A stretch of DNA of 64,000 bases from positions 224,001 through 288,000 of the forward strand of contig CAVXWP010000009.1 in assembly GCA_963765495.1 (NCBI GenBank), in the 5' to 3' direction. The notes under the pieces are model-generated. The model worked only from the letters and a program-made list of their open reading frames with translations, did not search any database and had not been told where the DNA came from. The DNA is from Blastocatellia bacterium. GTDB lineage: Bacteria > Acidobacteriota > Blastocatellia > UBA7656. The position numbers were made by a program, and so were the translations under genes. Of the stretch, positions 19,817 through 29,259 are shown piece after piece; position 1 is the stretch's first letter, and every line of letters begins with the position of its first letter.

Positions 19817-22231
19817 ATGGAAACTTTGTTGCAAGACTTCCGCTACGGGTATCGAATGCTCATAAAGCGTCCCGGATTTGCGGCCATCGCCGTGCTTGCG
19901 CTCGCGCTTGGGATCGGCGCTAATACGGCGATCTTCAGCGTAGTCAACGGCGTGCTGCTGAGGTCGCTTCCCTACAGCGGGCCTGACCGGCTGGTCATGG
20001 TCTGGGAACACAACTATGTCAGAGGCCGCGACCGCAACGTGGTGTCGCCTGCCAATTTTCTCGACTGGCAAAACCAGAATCACGTATTCGAAGAGATGGC
20101 GGCGATAATCAGTTTCCGCATAAACCTGACCGGCGCGGGCGAACCTGTAGAGTTGCCGTGTCAGATCGTAAGCCGCGACTTCTTTTCCGTTCTGGGAGTG
20201 CAGCCGATCATAGGTCGAGCCTTCACCGAAGAAGAGTGCCGACCTGAAAGCAACTACGCCGCGATACTGAGCCATCGACTGTGGCAAAGCCGGTTCGGAA
20301 GCGACCCGGAAATCATCGGCAAGTCAATCACGCTCAACGGAAAGAGCTATTCGGTTGTGGGCGTAATGCCGCCGGATTTCAATTACCTGAACAAGGAAAC
20401 CGAAGTCTGGATCCCTTATGGCATAAACCCGGCTACTGACTATCGAAAGGTATCGGGCCGTTTCCTTACCTCTGTAGCGCGATTGAAACCCGGCGTCTCG
20501 ATTGAACAGGCACAGGCGGAGATGTCTGCGATAGCCGCGCAGTTGGAAAAGACCTACACCGATTTCAACTCGGGCTGGGGCGTAAACCTTGTTCCGATCC
20601 ACGAGCAGGTCGTAGGCAAAGTGAGGCCGATCATTTTGATACTGCTCGGGGCCGTGGCCTTTGTACTGCTGATTGCCTGCGCAAACGTAGCCAATCTGTT
20701 GTTGGCTCGCGCTGCCTCGCGCCAGAAAGAGATGGCCCTGCGAACGGCGCTCGGAGCCGCGCGGCGGCGGATAATCAGACAATTGCTCACGGAAAGCCTG
20801 TTGCTCGCCGTGCTTGGCGGAGTGGGCGGATTGATTCTGGCCTACTGGGGGCTAAGGTTGCTTGTCGCGCTTGCCCCCCGAGAGATCCCACGCCTCGACG
20901 AGACGGGGATTGATTTTCGTGTGCTGGCTTTTACTCTTGGGGTTTCGATTCTTACCGGGCTGATCTTCGGGTTGTTGCCCGCGCTTCAGGCTTCAAAGCC
21001 GGATCTGAACGACGCGCTCAAGGAAGGCGGCAGAAGCGGCGCGGGCGCGGTCCGCAGCCGGACGCGAAATGCATTCGTCGTCGCAGAGGTCGCGCTGTCG
21101 CTCATCCTCCTGATAGGCGCGGGATTGATGATAAGAAGTTTCCTGCAACTTCAACAGGTCAATCCCGGATTCAACGGGCAAAATCTCCTGACAATGAGAG
21201 TGTTGCTTCCGGGCTCGACCTACACCGAAGACCAGCAGCGTTACACCTTTTTTGAGCAGGCCGAGCAACGCATCGCCGCCTTGCCCGGTGTTACCTCTGT
21301 TGGCTCGGTCAGTTTCCTGCCCCTGACCGGCCCGGGATCGGCCACCTCTTTTTATGTCACGGATCGGCCCGAACCGCCCCCTGGTGAAAAACCCGTTACC
21401 AACGTTCGAGTGATCTCCGGCGATTACTTTAAGACCATGGGGATTCCGCTTCTGAAAGGGAGACTCTTTACAGAAGGCGATACGAATGACTCTCCGAGAG
21501 TGCTGATAATCAGCGAGACGATGGCCCGCGAGTATTTCCCCGACGAAGACCCTCTAGGTAAGCGCCTCTCGATCAGTTGGGGTGATGACAGACCGGACGA
21601 GATCATCGGCGTAGTCGGAGACATCAGGGCCGAATCCCTTGACGGCGAGATTCGCCCGATGATCTACTGGCCCAATCGCAGAGAGACATATTCGTTTATG
21701 AATCTGCTTGTGAGAACCTCTACCGATCCGTTGAGCCTCGCGACTGCCGCGCAAAATGAGATCAAAGCGATAGACCCAAATCAACCTGTAGCTGAAATCA
21801 AGACGATGGAAGAGATCGTCTCCGAGTCGATAGCGGGGCCGCGTTTCAATATGCTGCTGCTCGCAATCTTTGCCGGGGTCGCGCTCGTGCTCGCCTCCGT
21901 AGGCATTTACGGCGTTATGTCTTACACCGTAACACAACGCACGCACGAAATCGGCCTGCGGATGGCGCTGGGCGCGCAAGCAGGCGACATCTTGAAACTG
22001 GTCGTAGGTCAGGGGATGATCCTTGCCTCAGCAGGCGTAATAATAGGTCTGATAGCCGCGCTATTGATGACATCGGTATTGTCGGGTCTGCTGTTTGCCG
22101 TGACGGCAACAGACCCGCTGACCTTCGCGGGCATCTCTTTGTTGCTGATAGCGGTGGCGCTTTTGGCCTGCTATATCCCGGCGCGGCGCGCAATCAAAAT
22201 AGACCCCGGCGTGGCGCTCAGATATGAATAG
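19817..22231 (+). CDS. ADOP-type duplicated MacB/FtsX ABC permease (paralog 2)
   Basis: Same hallmark motifs as 15992-18430. Confidence 0.93.
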   Translation: METLLQDFRYGYRMLIKRPGFAAIAVLALALGIGANTAIFSVVNGVLLRSLPYSGPDRLVMVWEHNYVRGRDRNVVSPANFLDWQNQNHVFEEMAAIISFRINLTGAGEPVELPCQIVSRDFFSVLGVQPIIGRAFTEEECRPESNYAAILSHRLWQSRFGSDPEIIGKSITLNGKSYSVVGVMPPDFNYLNKETEVWIPYGINPATDYRKVSGRFLTSVARLKPGVSIEQAQAEMSAIAAQLEKTYTDFNSGWGVNLVPIHEQVVGKVRPIILILLGAVAFVLLIACANVANLLLARAASRQKEMALRTALGAARRRIIRQLLTESLLLAVLGGVGGLILAYWGLRLLVALAPREIPRLDETGIDFRVLAFTLGVSILTGLIFGLLPALQASKPDLNDALKEGGRSGAGAVRSRTRNAFVVAEVALSLILLIGAGLMIRSFLQLQQVNPGFNGQNLLTMRVLLPGSTYTEDQQRYTFFEQAEQRIAALPGVTSVGSVSFLPLTGPGSATSFYVTDRPEPPPGEKPVTNVRVISGDYFKTMGIPLLKGRLFTEGDTNDSPRVLIISETMAREYFPDEDPLGKRLSISWGDDRPDEIIGVVGDIRAESLDGEIRPMIYWPNRRETYSFMNLLVRTSTDPLSLATAAQNEIKAIDPNQPVAEIKTMEEIVSESIAGPRFNMLLLAIFAGVALVLASVGIYGVMSYTVTQRTHEIGLRMALGAQAGDILKLVVGQGMILASAGVIIGLIAALLMTSVLSGLLFAVTATDPLTFAGISLLLIAVALLACYIPARRAIKIDPGVALRYE

Positions 22232-22252
22232 AGGTTAAGAGAAACCGCGACG

Positions 22253-22330
22253 GCCACGGATGATTGTGGATAAGAACGGGTGGGAACCAACCATTCAAAT
22301 ACCTTTCGGGCATCCATAATCATCCGTGGC
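22253..22330. repeat. CACGGATGA-family palindromic element
   Basis: GCCACGGATGATTGTGGAT...ATCCATAATCATCCGTGGC; related to the MITE internal palindrome; lies between convergent genes. Confidence 0.75.
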
Positions 22331-22502
22331 TCGGTCTCCATTTAGCCAGCGACTCGTCGGGATGAAACCGGTCATAGCAATTCAGACACAGAGTCTGCGT
22401 CTCTAATTCGCAATCCTCTTCCTCGCATTCCCATTCAATTTCACAGCCCCTGCACAGGTGCGAGTGATAGCCTCTCAGAGCTTCTTCGGTTCCGTCTGCC
22501 AT
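22320..22502 (-). CDS. Small acidic Cys-rich hypothetical protein
   Basis: 60 aa with CRGC, CxxxxC and CLNC; ATG 8 bp after the BON gene stop. Confidence 0.45.
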   Translation of the reverse strand: MADGTEEALRGYHSHLCRGCEIEWECEEEDCELETQTLCLNCYDRFHPDESLAKWRPSHG

Positions 22503-22510
22503 AAAAACGA

Positions 22511-22972
22511 TTATGCTGAGACATTGATGTTATTTACAACGTTCTTTACGCCCTCGACGCTTTTGGCTACCTGTTCAGCCCTGCTTTTTTGCGAGTCGTT
22601 GGGAACGGTTCCGCTCAATGTCACTACATCGTTTTCCACGTCTACATTAATAGTCACATCGTCGAGATCGTCGGCGTAAGCAAGCGCGGAGCGGGTCTTG
22701 GTCCACAGCCACAGGTCATTTGCGCCCGTCCCTATCTTGCGCCCGAGGTCTTTTGCCTGTTTCTCGTATGACTCTTTATCTTTCTCATAATCCTCTTTCG
22801 AGATGTCGCGGGGGACGTTCTTGTTGCCGCGATTCGCTCTGGCGCTCTCGTTTTTGTTTGCTGCGGTGCGGTTGCTGTTTTCGTTCGTGTTGCCGTGCAT
22901 ATCACAGCCAAACGTAAAAGCAGCAATAAGCGCGAGGCTCGCAACCAGTACCATAAATTTCACTCTGTTCAT
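22511..22972 (-). CDS. BON-domain lipoprotein (OsmY-like)
   Basis: Lipobox-like TFGC; DLWLWTKTRSAL, INVDVENDVVTLSGTV, VEGVKNVVNNI; AGGAG RBS. Confidence 0.9.
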   Translation of the reverse strand: MNRVKFMVLVASLALIAAFTFGCDMHGNTNENSNRTAANKNESARANRGNKNVPRDISKEDYEKDKESYEKQAKDLGRKIGTGANDLWLWTKTRSALAYADDLDDVTINVDVENDVVTLSGTVPNDSQKSRAEQVAKSVEGVKNVVNNINVSA

Positions 22973-23180
22973 TGTTCACTCCTCTACGGCCCGGGAACGG
23001 TTTCCGATCCGGGCGCGGTTATTTTGTCAATCGTTGTCACTTTGAGTTCGCATCTCTCCATGCAGCGGTCACACTTTTGCCTTCGAACTTATGGAGCAAT
23101 AGGCGTGCCGCCAAAACAGGCTATTTGAGGCGCAAAACCATACTATTTCCACACGCGGGCGGATTGAATCGCTTCACATC

Positions 23181-23343
23181 ATCCGGTTGCGTCGGTGTCA
23201 TTCGTGGCCTATTCCCACCAGGGCCATTCAGTTTTTGAGTAGCCCACAACAGGTGGAAGAAATGTTAAAAGTTGAGTTTAAGCAAAGGCGTGTTGAAATA
23301 GGCCGCGGATGACGCGGATGCGACGGATTTTCGCGGATCTGAT
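23181..23343 (+). mobile_element. Truncated or rearranged MITE copy
   Basis: Left end CAGGGCCATTCAGTTTTTGAG at 23219 closely matches 47125 up to the palindrome centre; a right-arm fragment (GTGTCATTCGTGGCCTATTCCCA) precedes it; no right TIR. Confidence 0.8.
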
Positions 23344-23584
23344 TCGAGTCTGCCCTTGATATTGTTGACCTTGCCCGATTGATAACGGACAATGATATAG
23401 TTCTATTGAAAGCTTAAAGTGTCGTGAATCGCTCGACAGGTTAAAATGCTGAGGTAAAGGCAATCCAACGACTCACCTTTACCCGTAGTCAGATTTGGAC
23501 TTCGGTTCCAGTTAGAGACAAGCTTAAAAACAAGCTCTTGAAATTTCAGACTTTAAGCGAATCACACAGCCTGGAGTAAATCTA

Positions 23585-25975
23585 ATGAAAAAGGCAGTAT
23601 TTTTTACAATCCCTCTAATCGCCTCCCTTCTCCTCACAACGAACGCTTTAGCCGGGCAACAAGATGAACGCGGGCGCGGCCTGAAGATAAAGGTGGGCGC
23701 GACGCCCGAAGAAGTAAAAGATGGGAAGCAGGCGGAAATTGGTTTGTGGGCCGTGCTGATCGGCGTGTCGCGTTATCAGATGGGAGATCAGAACGTTGAC
23801 GGCTACCGAATATCCAACCTCAAGAACGCGGCCGACGACGCGCAGTCGATCTATGATTTTCTCAAGAGTCCCGAAGGGGGCGGATTCCGCGATGAAAAAG
23901 ACGGCGGCCACATGATACTGCTCAAAGACGAGCAGGCGACAAAGGCAAATGTCGAAAGGGCGCTCGCCTCTTTGAAACAGGCAAAGCCAAACGATTATTT
24001 CGTGCTGTATATAGCGGCGCACGGCGCGCTTATCCCTTATCGCAAACCCGGCTCCAACACTACAGTAGATATTCCATACTTCGTGCTTTTCGACAGCGAC
24101 CTGCGCAACCCTGAAAACAGCATGCTCAAGATGGAAGCCTTTCGCCAGACGGTAAGCGAAGTGCCCGCCAAAAAAGGGCTGGTTCTGTCCGACACCTGTC
24201 ACAGCGGAGGCGTGCAGCTTGCCGGGCGCGACACATCAAATTCGTCGATTCGCGCCAATGCCCGCTATATCGAAGAGATGAACGAAGTGGCGAGCGGCGT
24301 CGGCTATATCTCTGCCGCCGATCAACTTGAGCAGTCCTTTGAGAACGACAATTTGAATCAGGGCGTGTTCACTTACTGCATGCTTCAGGGTCTTGCGGGC
24401 GATGCCGATACAAACTTTGACGGTAAGGTGACCTTCAACGAGCTTCAGGCCTACCTGCGCGATGAGGTGCCTCGCCTCACCGACAACAAGCAGCATCCAA
24501 AGGCCAACACCACGGCCATCGCCGCCAATTACCTGCCGCTTTCGGTAGTCAGCTATGCAGAAAATGTTGCCGCGACCGGCAACCCCGACGACTATGGATT
24601 GATGGTCATTCGCACGCCCGATGTGGACGGGGTCAAGGTAGCGATTGACGGAAAGGCGTTCGCCACATTCGACGCGGGAACTCAGCGCGCGGTGATGGTA
24701 AAAGTCGGCGCGCGCGATCTCACCTTTACAAAGGGAGATCTGAAACGCACGCTCAAGGCCACGGTCGATCACGAAAGACCGAAAATAGTCGAGGTCAATC
24801 TTACCTTTACCGAAAGCGACGAGGATTCGCTGGTAGAGCCTACCGATAAGGTCGTGGGCGTTTACCTGCCCGATGACAAAGAGCCGACCGGGGATGCGAA
24901 GGCTCTGTTTGTAAAAGGCGTTGACAGTTTTAACAAGCAGAAGTTCGAAGACGCAATCGAGCAGTTTAACCGGGCGGCGCAGGCAAACGGCGGTGGTTAT
25001 GCCGACGCGTTTGTTTATCGAGGCCGGGCCGAACAATCCCTGAGCCGCAAAGAGGCCGCCATAGCCTCTTTCAAGGCGGCGCTAGGGCTTCGCCCGACAG
25101 ATTTCGAGACCCAGACTCTGCTTGCGGAGGCCAAGTTCAACGCCGGGTATAACGTAGAGGAGGTTGTAAACGATCTGCGAAGCGTCATCAGACGCCATCC
25201 GAATTTCGATTATGCCCGCGTGGTCTATGGCGATGTGCTGTTATCGCGCAAAGATTTCGCTGCGGCAGAGCTTCAATTGAGGCGAGCCATAACTATCAAC
25301 CCGAAATCGCCGCCCGCGCATTTGATACTGGCCGATATATTGACCTATCAGGACTCGAAAGAGAAACAGAAACGAGCAGTCGAAGAGGCGGAAACAGCCA
25401 TTCAATTGTTCGATGAGGTTTCGCGAAAACAGGTCTCTACATCCGGGAGTCTGAAGCGGCTCTCAATTTCGCACCTGATATTCGGAGGCGGGCGCTATAC
25501 AAATGAACCGGCAGAGGCAGAAGCACACCACATACTGGGCAAGGCGCTCACGCGCATGGTCGAGCGTGATCTTACGATCAACGATCCCGACACCTATCTG
25601 AGCAAAGCCCGAACTCATCTGGATGAGGCGCTGAAGCTTGCCGAGAAACTCTCCGACAAGCATCGCCTCGTGCTTGTGCTCGACACTAGCGCGCAGAATT
25701 ATCTGCTGAAAGGCGACATCAAGCACGCTATTGAGGACGCGCAGCGGGCGCTGAAGATAAGCGATACGATGCCCGATCTGAAGGATTTTTACGAAGCTCA
25801 TTACACGCTTTATTCGGCCTACACAAGCGATCAGGAATTCTCGAAAGCCGCAGAGCACTTGCAGAGATTTATTCAGATAGCCGGTTCTCAATTGACCCCC
25901 GAAGAGCGTCAGGGGTACGAAGCGGAGTTGAAACGAATCAAGCGGATGAAGGACGCCAACCGGCAAAAGAATTAG
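23585..25975 (+). CDS. Exported caspase-family (C14) peptidase with EF-hand, PEGA-like and TPR regions
   Basis: Signal peptide; WAVLIGVSRY, His in IAAHG, Cys in SDTCHSG, GVFTY, DTNFDGKVTFNE; TPRs in the C-terminal half. Confidence 0.88.
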   Translation: MKKAVFFTIPLIASLLLTTNALAGQQDERGRGLKIKVGATPEEVKDGKQAEIGLWAVLIGVSRYQMGDQNVDGYRISNLKNAADDAQSIYDFLKSPEGGGFRDEKDGGHMILLKDEQATKANVERALASLKQAKPNDYFVLYIAAHGALIPYRKPGSNTTVDIPYFVLFDSDLRNPENSMLKMEAFRQTVSEVPAKKGLVLSDTCHSGGVQLAGRDTSNSSIRANARYIEEMNEVASGVGYISAADQLEQSFENDNLNQGVFTYCMLQGLAGDADTNFDGKVTFNELQAYLRDEVPRLTDNKQHPKANTTAIAANYLPLSVVSYAENVAATGNPDDYGLMVIRTPDVDGVKVAIDGKAFATFDAGTQRAVMVKVGARDLTFTKGDLKRTLKATVDHERPKIVEVNLTFTESDEDSLVEPTDKVVGVYLPDDKEPTGDAKALFVKGVDSFNKQKFEDAIEQFNRAAQANGGGYADAFVYRGRAEQSLSRKEAAIASFKAALGLRPTDFETQTLLAEAKFNAGYNVEEVVNDLRSVIRRHPNFDYARVVYGDVLLSRKDFAAAELQLRRAITINPKSPPAHLILADILTYQDSKEKQKRAVEEAETAIQLFDEVSRKQVSTSGSLKRLSISHLIFGGGRYTNEPAEAEAHHILGKALTRMVERDLTINDPDTYLSKARTHLDEALKLAEKLSDKHRLVLVLDTSAQNYLLKGDIKHAIEDAQRALKISDTMPDLKDFYEAHYTLYSAYTSDQEFSKAAEHLQRFIQIAGSQLTPEERQGYEAELKRIKRMKDANRQKN

Positions 25976-26103
25976 CAAATCGGTTTCGCTCTACATTTTG
26001 CCGAACGAGATAATTGTGATAGATTTAGCGTGCAGCAACGAGGCGCGGGAGCCATCCCTTATTCCCATTCGTTCAGCAATAACAGGAACCGACAGGAGAG
26101 CAG

Positions 26104-26469
26104 ATGAGTCAAGTCATTGAAGAGGCCGAGGGGCTGGTAAAATTAGAGCCGATGTCTCATGGGCGGCCCGATCTCAGAAAAAAGAAACCGAAAATTCTGG
26201 CAGTTATCATGGATAACTGCACAGGCTGCGCGGGGTCTCCGGCCTGCGTGGAATATTGCCCCGTGGATGCCTGCATGTACTGGGTTTACGATACGGATTA
26301 TTTCCCGCTGGGCCGTATAGAGGTGGACCCGAACCTCTGCATAGGCTGCAAGCTATGCACGAGCAAAGGGCCGGACGGCACTTTCCTTGAAGGGTGCCCG
26401 TGGGATGCGATTGAAATGATGCCTACGGATGAATGGGAATCGCGCACCGGCCTGATGCTGAATCCCTAA
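26104..26469 (+). CDS. 2x[4Fe-4S] ferredoxin-like protein
   Basis: CTGCAGSPACVEYCP and CIGCKLC...GCPWDAI; AGGAG RBS. Confidence 0.88.
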   Translation: MSQVIEEAEGLVKLEPMSHGRPDLRKKKPKILAVIMDNCTGCAGSPACVEYCPVDACMYWVYDTDYFPLGRIEVDPNLCIGCKLCTSKGPDGTFLEGCPWDAIEMMPTDEWESRTGLMLNP

Positions 26470-26560
26470 AGTGATTCGTGATTCGTGATGCGTGATTTAC
26501 AAGGCTTGCAATATGTCTGTAACAATCAAGCCTCTATAAAATCACGAATCACGAATCATT
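26470..26560. repeat. GTGA-family heptamer tandem inverted repeat
   Basis: (GTGATTC)2 GTGATGC GTGATTT - spacer - AAA(TCACGAA)2 TCATT; fills the gap between two convergent stops exactly. Confidence 0.88.
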
Positions 26561-27429
26561 CAGTGTGTGGCGCGGTTGCGGATCTCTTCAATGCTGGCCG
26601 CTGCCTTCTGGCGTATGTGATCGGGCATTCCTGCGATCTCGCGGGTGTAGCGTTCGATAAAGGGGATGTCTTCGGACTGGCCTATCAAGGCAAGAGCGAG
26701 CAGAGTGTTTTCCACCTGTTGAACGCCGGGCGAAATAACAGCCAGATCGGCACCTGCCTCGACTCGCGCTCCATCGTTTGATTTCACAAGATCAATGCGC
26801 CCGTCTTCGGGGATGCGCACGACCATCACACGTCCGTCATCGAGAGTTATGCGGGCGAGCGGCGAGCCCGCGGCCACGGGCGTGCCCTCCTGTTCCAGAA
26901 TCATCTCGACGGTCCCGCCCTCTTCGGCGCGCACCGTTATCGGTTTGAGCATCGAAACAAGCTCCGGTCTTCCGCTTGCGTCTCCGAATCTGACCAGCGC
27001 GAGCGCGGCGTTATGTCGCACTCCCGCGCTCTCGTCCTGAAGCATTGGAAGCAACGCCGAATGAAATTCCTGACTGGTGTTATCCTGGCCCATAGTCCAG
27101 GCAGAGGTGAGCCGCACCTGCGGCGTAGGGTTCTTAGCCGCCGAGATGACCGCCGGATAGAATTGCTTTACCGCCTGATCGCCATTGATTATGCGGTCGG
27201 CTATCTGAGAAAGCGCGTGCTGCACGTGGCGAGGCTTTTCGGTATCGCTCAGGTAGGATTCGAGTTGAGAATCGGAAAGCGAACGACCAAACCACGACCC
27301 GTACCACGATAAGAAAGAGACTATGACGAAAAGCGCCGCCACGACGAAAAGCGGCCACGGTAGCCTTCGCCGTTGCTCTGGCAGGGCAGGCTTTGAAAAG
27401 TCATCTTCGAATATTTCCTGATCTATCAC
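26560..27429 (-). CDS. Membrane-anchored HEAT-repeat protein with an inserted biotinyl/lipoyl-like barrel domain
   Basis: RRR+TM; HEAT repeats VRLTSAWTMG, VRHNAALAL; AEEGGTV...PVAAGSPLARI...IPEDGRI...VEAGADLAVI; GTG 27429 after CAGGAG. Confidence 0.75.
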   Translation of the reverse strand: MIDQEIFEDDFSKPALPEQRRRLPWPLFVVAALFVIVSFLSWYGSWFGRSLSDSQLESYLSDTEKPRHVQHALSQIADRIINGDQAVKQFYPAVISAAKNPTPQVRLTSAWTMGQDNTSQEFHSALLPMLQDESAGVRHNAALALVRFGDASGRPELVSMLKPITVRAEEGGTVEMILEQEGTPVAAGSPLARITLDDGRVMVVRIPEDGRIDLVKSNDGARVEAGADLAVISPGVQQVENTLLALALIGQSEDIPFIERYTREIAGMPDHIRQKAAASIEEIRNRATH

Positions 27430-27519
27430 TACTGTCTGATCTCCTGAAACTGATCGTTCCGTCAATCGGTGATTCGATTCTAAGCGGCTCGCGCAACGAC
27501 GGTCAAGCACGCCTCTGAT

Positions 27520-28128
27520 CTATGCAGGCCGGTTCGCGCTGTTCATATAAATGCGATCCGATCTCTTTTCACGCAACGAGCAGGCGCGGTTGGCATAGGC
27601 TAAGAGGAACAGGTCTTCATCGGCGAGCAAGGCTTTGCGAAAGGCCGAGTTGGTCACATACGCGGCGGCGCGCACCGCAGCGAAAGTCAACCCGGCGTAG
27701 GCCACAAGCGTGGCCGCAGTAATAAACTGGTTAAAGAGCAAATCAATAAACACAATCAATGAAGCCACACCCGCTATCGTGACCCATTTGCGAAACGGCG
27801 ATGCCGGGTGAGAGACGTAAAAGGCAAAGACCTGAATCGGCGCGGCAAAAAGCAGCCAGTAATCGCCAAGCGCCACTGCCGCAATCAGCGAGGCAAGCGC
27901 GGCGAGAACCAAAAGAAGCGACAACGCGGTTATCAATACTTTCTTGAATCCTGTATTGGAACTTTCCGACCATTCGGCGGCGGCAAGCGGGTCTACGCCC
28001 AGATTGAAGTCGCGGTCTGCGACTGCCCTTCGGAGTTCGGAAAAATTATTGAAGGGGAAACGAGGTATGTCGGATACGCTCTTCCATCCCGGCGCGTCTT
28101 TTCCCTTATCGGCTCGCGTAATTCCCAA
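27520..28128 (-). CDS. Hypothetical membrane protein (~4 TM)
   Basis: 202-aa ORF co-oriented with neighbours, with hydrophobic helices. Confidence 0.7.
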   Translation of the reverse strand: MGITRADKGKDAPGWKSVSDIPRFPFNNFSELRRAVADRDFNLGVDPLAAAEWSESSNTGFKKVLITALSLLLVLAALASLIAAVALGDYWLLFAAPIQVFAFYVSHPASPFRKWVTIAGVASLIVFIDLLFNQFITAATLVAYAGLTFAAVRAAAYVTNSAFRKALLADEDLFLLAYANRACSLREKRSDRIYMNSANRPA

Positions 28129-28181
28129 TTTTGCCCCGCGCTAATATGTGATATTTCACCCGCTCTGACCGATTCGATCAT

Positions 28182-29126
28182 CTATTCCGACGCAGCCGCC
28201 ACCTCTTCTATCTCCGTCTCGGCCTCTTCCTTTACTGCCGTGACGACGGGGACAAGCTGTCTGTAAAGATCAAGTTCCCCGGCATAAAACGCCAGCCGCG
28301 CCCACATTCGCGAGGCCAGTGCTATCTGCCCGATTATGAAGGCAAACCCTACGCCCAGGATGGATGATTGAGGAATGACGCCCCTCAACCAGGCGAAAAC
28401 AAAGAAGAGAATCAGTCCCGCCACCGCAAGAATCACATAGAGCGAGAAGGTCTTCAGAAAATGTCTAAAGACAAAGCGCGACGATTTCAGCAATTCCTTA
28501 AACATTCGGTTACGCCGGTTCACAACCGCTCCTATGCGACCGTAATCGACTATCATATTCACCATCCAGAGCAGAAGAAGAAAGACAAACCCGGCGGCGT
28601 ATTTTTCAAACACGACGGGTCGCTGGGTCGTGGCTGTGCTGTTTGCGCTGTTGATGGGCCACATAATGAGCAGATAGATGCCTAAAGCAAGCCCGTAAAG
28701 AATTACCGAGAAGAGCGAGAGGCGGAAGAATCGCCAGAAATTGGCCCCGCAACCCGAAAAGAATTTCCTCATGCTAAAGCCTTGCTCTCTGCAATTGTAG
28801 ACTTCGAGGATACCTCCCGCGAAAAAAGTATAAAGCAGCAGGTAGGTCGCGCCCAGCACAAGCAGCATAAGGCCAACTTCAGCGCCCGTCGCAAGAGCCG
28901 ACCAGTCAGGAGTCTGCCCGTTGACTATGTCAGAAAACCATACGGCATCAATCTTGTCGGCAAACATGCGTTCGGCGAAAAGCGTATGCCCGGTCGTCTG
29001 CACTACGAACAGGAAGACAGGCACAGCCAGCGGAAGCGCGAATAAAATATTGGCTGCCAGAAGCAGGAGAATCATCCTCCAACTCAGGCTCGCCCGTTTG
29101 ATTCCGGTAATGAAAGAATTGATCAT
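28182..29126 (-). CDS. Hypothetical polytopic membrane protein
   Basis: ~7 TM; GGILEVY, GANFWRFFRL, DYGRI; follows the M1 peptidase. Confidence 0.8.
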   Translation of the reverse strand: MINSFITGIKRASLSWRMILLLLAANILFALPLAVPVFLFVVQTTGHTLFAERMFADKIDAVWFSDIVNGQTPDWSALATGAEVGLMLLVLGATYLLLYTFFAGGILEVYNCREQGFSMRKFFSGCGANFWRFFRLSLFSVILYGLALGIYLLIMWPINSANSTATTQRPVVFEKYAAGFVFLLLLWMVNMIVDYGRIGAVVNRRNRMFKELLKSSRFVFRHFLKTFSLYVILAVAGLILFFVFAWLRGVIPQSSILGVGFAFIIGQIALASRMWARLAFYAGELDLYRQLVPVVTAVKEEAETEIEEVAAASE

Positions 29127-29259
29127 ATTGCCTCAACCCGTCAGCGCATTCACCCGTCCAGGGGGCGCTCGCCTATGGTGGAATCCCTAAAATGGAATCC
29201 ATAAAGTGGAACCCGGAAGTATCGTCGGCTGCGGCCATCGGTTCGCCGCCATTCCCCGT

